A stretch of DNA of 50,205 nt, the filler included, from Dirinaria sp. TL-2023a (taxonomy: Eukaryota), in the NCBI GenBank assembly GCA_051941275.1. It is 2 parts of 2 records of this genome, joined end to end, with 100 filler letters (N's around TTAATTAATTAA, not from the genome) between each part and the next. Parts side by side here need not be neighbours in the genome. Positions count along the whole stretch, not along the records: positions 25,164 to 50,205 come from JAVEBF010000178.1; 1 more part is not named here. One strand, 5' to 3'. The position numbers and the translations under genes are program-made. Position 1 is the first letter of the stretch, and each line of letters opens with the position of its first letter. Positions 43,528 through 50,205 of the stretch are shown here, piece after piece. Under the pieces are notes generated by a model. It saw nothing but the letters and a program-made list of their open reading frames with translations. It was not told the DNA's origin and did no database searches.

Positions 43528-44826
43528 TGCACCCTCCACATTCACCGACGCATGAGCTATGTAACGCTCTCAATCGCTGCATCAGGTTGGGTCCCAATCA
43601 TGGCGAGCATCATACTTTTCATCCTTACTTGTAGCGACATCCTTGCAAGCACAGTCGACTATTTTTGCTGTTGAGCTCTAAGTACGTATTATGATTCCTC
43701 CTTCAGCGCTGCTGTAGATAGCTATGAACTACAGAACCTCTTTGCAAGCTGTCGGGCCATCTGAATCTTTGAGGTTTCGTTTCATATCCCGCGTCAGAGC
43801 GCGTCAATTTCGCGTTTAAAGGTTCTTACCTAATTAGGCATAGACTGTTTGCTGCCTCTCACGACGGTAAAGTCGTATCGTCAAGTCTGCTTGAGGAGGC
43901 GCTGCGTTCATCCTCCTTTCTGGTGAAGTATGCTGATCTGGCAAATGAACAATGTCATGACTGACTCAATCAAGCCACCGGCGGCGCTTCTCTCGTGCAG
44001 CTATTATCCTTGAATCCGGTGAAGATATTGTACCGGATCAATCCTGTTCCGGGTTGAGAATGACGGAAGCTCAACATCTACCAGGAATAAAAAGTTTAGT
44101 GAGAGCGAGATTATTCGTCGGCTTGTCCTAATGCTTTTCTACCTGTTGCTCTCTGCTATTGGTCGATAGAAGTAGCCGCTTCACAAGGGGAGCTTTTCGT
44201 AGACAGCGGAATGGCACTTCTAGGATCCCACTTTCCGCCTCATAAATGAATTGCGGAGTGCCACTTGATACTGTAGCAGGTGATTGATTGCTCCGTAGAT
44301 CCTAGTTTCATCTGCGAATGGCTGCATCTGTTCGTTGAACTAGCTACATCATGCCGAGCGTACCATAGTCGGCGGCTTTTTGCCTGATAGTCCATTGACT
44401 GAACTCCGCGACACATTATCAAACTGCAGTGATTTACCTGAGAGATGGATTACTGACAGAATTGAGTTGTGATACTTTATTCTTTCAAGTAATACATGAA
44501 GAAAGCAGCATACATGTAGCCAGGAGCAGCAAAGAAGCTTTCGAGACCACGGATCGGCCCGCAAGAGCCGCAGAGCCCAAGACGCGATCGAGGCGAATAT
44601 CTGGCCTTTCCGATTTCAGTGCCATTTTCTATCCTACAGTCCATGCAATTGGGAATTCGCGTTCGCCTGAGAGAACTTTTGTCCAGCTGCATGGCGCTTC
44701 TTGCTGCTTGGTTATAGAGGAGGGTTTTATCCTAGATCAACGCTTGCGAAAATTCAGCAGCATGTCCAAGAACCACTTGTTCGGATAACTTGTTAAGCCG
44801 GTTGTTCCCAGTCGCAAAGGGTCATC

Positions 44827-47800
44827 ATGCTCTTCACTCAACTTCCTAGAGAGCTTCTCGCAGTGGCTCTCCTAAGCTCATCCCCATGGTTCAGCTACCG
44901 AGCCATTGCCGCCCCGTCGGTCAATGTGGCATTGCAGGCTTCATTCCACTCACCACCCTATCTTCTCGAGCTCCTGTAGGCTTCTTTGGCCCCTACAATT
45001 GACTGGCACCTTCTGATGGATTTTTAAGGGAGACCGCTGCCGAAGAAAACGCGACTGCCTATTTCCCACTCCTCGATCGTATCGCAGAAGGACGCTTCAC
45101 CGATTGCGAAACGGACCAAGAGTTGTATACAAATTTTGTGCAGGTCTTGCAGGATGACGGCCATATCACGGACCCAGATGCTCTTGCATCCTTTCAATTT
45201 GCGCTTTCAATCCATTCTACCGCTCCTCGAATAGAGGCACACTATCAATACTATAGTACAGCTGTTGAGTCCTCATTAATGACTGCGCAGGACGAGGCCT
45301 GCCCAGTATGGGTTCAATTTGAAGGAAAACAATATTGCTCGCCGACTTTGGATAGAGCGCAGCAGGATCTCCAGTCGCCAAAGTAGGTCAGGCGACCACT
45401 GAGAGGAGCATCTTCGCTGACTATTGCGTAGGAATTTGGACGTACTCCCATTCGATAGAATGCTAGGCCATAGTTCGGACGACTGGCCACCTCCATCAAT
45501 ACTGTACGCCGACATAACTTCACCGCTATTCGGTCAATTCCACCAAACAATAAGCCAAACAGCCCGTGATGGAAGAACATCTTATCGAATAAGGTACCGC
45601 GCTCCAGCAGAGGCTGTGAAGAGCCCATTAGTCGTGAACGGATATGGCGTCGAATTGGCCCTAAAGAGAACAGACTACATTGTTATTGATGACAGAGAGG
45701 CAGGGAAAGAACCTACAGAGGTTGAAGCTCCGCCTGGGGAGATTGCAGAGATTGTTTTCGAGGCAGAAGAACTGGCTGATCTTAAACCATTATCAGCCAC
45801 TGAGCTCCTTGGGTTAGGTCTGAAAAGCACAAGTTTCATCATGTCTAGCGAAGATCCGTTTGACACTTTGATAAAGATCTCTCAGGATTTCCCGAAGCAC
45901 TCTTCTGCAATAACACAGCGGAATGTTTCAACGGAAATAGTCCACGAGCATCGGAGCAACCGCGAACATCTGTTGCCCGCAGGTTTTAATGTAGTGTGGA
46001 TGAATGGCGCTCAGGTTGAAGCCAGGCAAATGAACGCTTTCTCGTTATTAGAGACGATGCGCCGCGAGCGCTCCCTGATGAAAAGTCTGCGCAATCTAGG
46101 TTTATCTGGTAAAGAAGCCGTTCAGTTGTTGTCACACCCGGCGATTGCGGAAGCCAAGGTAGAAGGGGAGGCGCAGCGATACGACTACAGAGATGCCATT
46201 GAAGGCGGAAAGGTTATAATATGGCTTAACAACATTGAGAAAGATAAGCGTTATGAAGGTTGGCCTTCGGAGGCAAGCGCATTACTTCAGCGAACATTTC
46301 CCGGGCAGCTGCCACAGGTGCGGCGCAATCTTCACAACGTGGTTGTTCCCATCGATATTACGGATCTCAAAGATACTGAAATACTCGTAGAGTCTCTACA
46401 GGTCTTTGTAAAGCGGAAAGTGCCAATACAATTTGGTATTGTCCCGTTGGTCAGGACAAAAGATGACAGAGACCAAGCTGCAGTTCTCTATCATTTGCTC
46501 GAGACGTATGGCCTAAGTGCGGTTCTGTCGTATTTGACCGAGGTAAGTGTCGGTACGAGATGACGCTGATTGATTGCTGATAAGTATCCAGTCGTTGCAG
46601 GGTAAGAAGATATCCAGAGCCAATAAAGCCATTTTCGAAACCGTTATCCATGATCGAAAGCTGCGCCGGGATCAAAGTGTGCTGGATTTCGACTCCGTTC
46701 TTGAATCAGGGGAGTCCAAAGCCCGACTCGATGCCACTCGGGACTATTTATCAAGACTTGGATTAGAGGGGTCAACGCCTCCGTTCCTGGCCAATGGTGC
46801 TGCTCTCCCTCGCAATGAAGGCTGGCTGCAAGCTATGAGCTCTAGAATAGATGCTGATCTACGTGTTGTACAACGACAAATTTTCGAGGAAGTGATCTCG
46901 GAGGATGATTGGTTGCCTAATCAGTTCCTTGGATCGGCAGCGACACATCGCAATGCTCTTGTGATACCCGAAGACGAGGACGACATCAAGCTGCTGGACA
47001 TTGGCAACATCGTTAGTGCTCAGGAAACTGTTTATCAGAGGATACCCCATGTTCCTGTGACCGATCAAACCACTACCCAGCTTCCATCGCTACTCTTCGT
47101 TGTTACAGACTTAGATACCAAGGAGGGAACCAGGCTCGTGCTCGAAGCCTCTAAGTTCATTCAGGCTCATAAAGATGTCGAGTTGAGAGTGATACATAAC
47201 GTTGGAATCCTTGGAACCAAGACATTCCCCTTCTCCATTGCAGTGCATAAGCTGATCCAGAGAGAGGGCTACGCAACGACAGCTGAGATGCTCCAAAAAA
47301 TAATGGAGGTGAGCGACTCAGAACAAATGCTGAAGGCCCAAAAAGAGCAGCCTGAGGCGTTTGGGTATACTCAAGAATCGACGGGCATGAGCGAGGCCTT
47401 CTGGGAATTTACTAAACCGTTTACTGAATCTCTCGGATTTGGGCCCGGAGAAGCTGGTCTCGTATTCAATGGCAGAGTCGTCGGGCCAATAGTCGGTGCG
47501 AATAACTTTACAACTACGGATTTTGAGAATCTTCTGAAGTACGAGAAAGCAAGGCGGTTAGCTCCAGCTCAGACAGCGGTGGCAGCACTTGGTCTGGAAG
47601 ACCGTGTCAAGTCGCCACTACAGGCCGCGATAGTGTCGTCCTTGATTGCTCGTTCAACCACTTCCGATATACCTGAGGGCATATTTGAATCTGCGCCGAG
47701 TTTGAGGATGGCTCAGTTCAACGAATGGCAAAGTGATCACACCATGATCTCCACCGGCGATGCTGAGACTGCGTCAATCCACCTTGTGGCTTCCATAGAC

Positions 47801-49603
47801 CCCACAAGTGAGATCGCGCAGCGCTGGATACCCATGCTTAAGGTTCTCTCTGACCTTGAGGGTGTGCATCTGAGAATGTTCCTCAATCCGAGGGAGCGGT
47901 TGCAAGAACTTCCCATAAAGCGGTTCTACCGCCACGTGCTAGATGCGAAGCCAACCTTCACGGAGGCGGGCGAACTCCGCAAGCTAGAAGCGAAATTCGA
48001 AGGTGTTCCTAAAGAAGCTCTTCTCAACTTGGGCCTTGACGTTCCACCCGCGTGGCTAGTGACTCCGAAAGAATCGATCCACGACCTGGACAACATCAAG
48101 CTAAGCGCTGTCAAAGACGGAATTAACGTTGATGCCACATATGAACTGGAGAATATCCTGATCGAAGGCCACTCACGCGACACAACGAACGGCCCACCAC
48201 CACGCGGTGTTCAGCTATTGCTCGGCACGGAGAAGAACCCTCACTTCGCGGACACCATCATCATGGCAAACCTTGGCTATTTCCAATTCAAAGCCAATCC
48301 AGGCTACTGGTCGCTGCAGCTCCAGCCGGGACGTAGTACTCAGATATTCACCATCGACAGCGCCGGCCAAAAAGGCTATAGCCCGCAACCGGGCGACGCA
48401 AGCACCGATATTGCTCTCCTCTCCTTCCAAGGCAAAACACTTTACCCTCGACTATCCCGGAACCCGGGCCAGGAAAACGAAGACGTTCTCGAAGAACCTG
48501 GAAAACCCTCGGCCGCACAAGCGTACCTCACCAAAGCCACCAAATACGCCTCCTCCGTGCTCTCGTCCGTCGGGATCAATTCCCCTCTGCTCCCCTCCGA
48601 AGAAGCCCAACAAGCAGACATCAACATCTTCTCCGTCGCGTCGGGCCACCTGTACGAGCGGATGCTGAACATCATGATGGTGTCGGTGCTGCGGCACACG
48701 AACCACAGCGTCAAATTCTGGTTCATCGAGCAATTCCTGTCGCCCTCCTTCAAGCGCTCCCTCCCGCACCTCGCCGCGCACTACAACTTCCAATACGCGC
48801 TCGTGACCTACAAATGGCCGCACTGGCTGCGCTCCCAGAAAGAAAAACAGCGCGAAATCTGGGGCTACAAGATCCTCTTCCTGGACGTGCTCTTCCCGCT
48901 CAGCCTCGACAAAGTGATCTTCGTCGACGCGGACCAGGTCGTGCGCACGGACATGCACGCGCTCGTCACCCACGACCTGCACGGCGCGCCCTACGGGTTC
49001 ACGCCGATGTGCGACTCGCGCACGGAGATGGAGGGCTTCCGCTTCTGGAAACAGGGCTACTGGGCCACCTACCTGCGCGGGCTGCCGTACCACATCAGCG
49101 CGCTGTACGTGGTCGACCTGCGGCTGTTCCGGGCCATGGCCGCGGGCGACCGGCTGCGGCAGCAGTACCACCAGCTCAGCGCCGACCCGGCCTCGCTCAG
49201 CAACCTCGACCAGGACCTCCCCAACCACATGCAGCACCACCTGCCCATCCACAGCCTGCCCCAGGACTGGCTCTGGTGCGAGACCTGGTGCAGCGACGCC
49301 AGCCTCGCCGCCGCCCGCACCATCGATCTCTGCAATAACCCGCAGACGAAAGAACCTAAGCTGGAGCGGGCGAGGCGGCAGGTCCCCGAGTGGACCGTGT
49401 ACGATGAGGAGATTGCGATGGTGCTGAGGAACGTTAGTAATACTGCGTCGGTGCCGCCGCCGTCGCGGACGGAGGAGAACAAGGGAGGCTTAGAAGAAGA
49501 AGGCGGCGTGCAGGAGCGGGTTCAAGGCCAGGATGCTGCGGAGGAGGAGAGGAACAGGGAAAGGGAAAGAGAAAGGGAAAGGGAGATTAAAGATGAACTA
49601 TAA
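44827..49603 (+). CDS. UGGT: UDP-glucose:glycoprotein glucosyltransferase (UGGT, GT24; Kre5/Gpt1 family), about 1541 aa. Exons 44827-44975, 45029-45382, 45432-46542, 46592-49603
   Basis: Signal peptide, GYGVELALKRTDY, INIFSVASGHLYER, WGYKILFLDVLFP, FVDAD, NLDQDLPN, WLWCETWC, IDLCNNP and C-terminal KDEL. Introns 44976-45028, 45383-45431, 46543-46591. Confidence 0.95.
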
Positions 49604-50205
49604 AATTTCCGCGCCGAAACTGCACCGCTTCAGGTAAAATAAAATAGAATATTCAGACTTGGATTTGTTAAGTGTAGATGTAGTTATGTGTGTGTATATG
49701 TGGAGATGGTATAAACCCTTTTTTCTCCTCCCCTTTTTTCCAACAGGAAATACATAAAAGACATCATGGAACCCCTTCGAACATAGTAAAAGCTATGTAT
49801 ATTCATCGCTCGCAAGCAAGCAAGTAGAGCGAGCAATTAAGCAAGGCTTTTACTCCAATCATAATACCCATGATACCCATTTCTCAATCATTTCCAAAAA
49901 AAAAAAAAAAAAACCCCCCTCTCCAAGTCATTTCGTTTCTACAAATCTACATACAGACAGACATACATGACATGAAAGTACGTACATGCATATCTTCATA
50001 ACGCGTGTCGTTATAAAGTACCATAAACGTGATTGTAACATGAATGTAAATGTTATGTCCTAATCAAAAAAACCCATCTTTCAGCTCGGGTTTTTGTCCC
50101 GCTTCCATTTCTACACACAAACCCAAACCTAATTTTTTATTTTTTTTTTCCTTCTCTCCTTTCCAAGAATCCGCGTATCGTTTTTATTTATACCAACCCC
50201 AACCC

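Noticed and set aside
48452..49482. Long antisense and alternate-frame ORFs (266, 174 and 137 aa) over the UGGT 3' end
   Set aside because: Shadow ORFs expected from very high GC3 in a conserved coding region, with no independent protein features.
27597..49603. ags + metallopeptidase + UGGT/Kre5 as a cell-wall gene cluster
   Set aside because: These are widely conserved housekeeping genes interleaved with an unrelated cell-cycle regulator, and I saw no shared regulatory motif.
50190..50205. Terminal CCAACCCCAACCC resembling a telomere
   Set aside because: It is not the (CCCTAA)n/(TTAGGG)n repeat, has only two degenerate units and is in the wrong orientation for a right end.

Overview
Genomic DNA of a filamentous ascomycete (Pezizomycotina-type genes with short GT-AG introns and CTRAY branch points). 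It appears to be two separate contigs joined by an artificial 100-nt spacer (44 N + TTAATTAATTAA + 44 N, 25064-25163). The left contig carries an ARN/MirB-type siderophore-iron MFS transporter with two perfect SreA GATA boxes, a four-RRM Mrn1/Nrd1-type RNA-binding protein, a dispersed 5S rRNA gene, a Tmt1/Crg1-like SAM methyltransferase, a small CoA-binding protein, a hypothetical protein, CRIPT, the Drs2 P4-ATPase flippase and Rad4/XPC. The right contig carries a truncated spliced gene end, a 17-intron alpha-1,3-glucan synthase, a YIL108W-like zinc metallopeptidase with a jacalin-like domain, a Whi5/Stb1-type G1/S regulator and UGGT/Kre5. Exon-intron structures were derived by hand and give intact reading frames. 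No mobile element, CRISPR array or secondary-metabolite cluster was seen, and I cannot support a wholly new multi-gene system here. The most unusual signals are at RNA level: an 82-nt ags intron that looks like two abutting mini-introns with a zero-length exon, a neighbouring GC-AG intron, a 5'UTR intron hiding a uORF in the RRM gene, a leaky-stop context on CRIPT, and a divergent 5S rRNA copy. Family assignments come from recognised motifs, not database searches.
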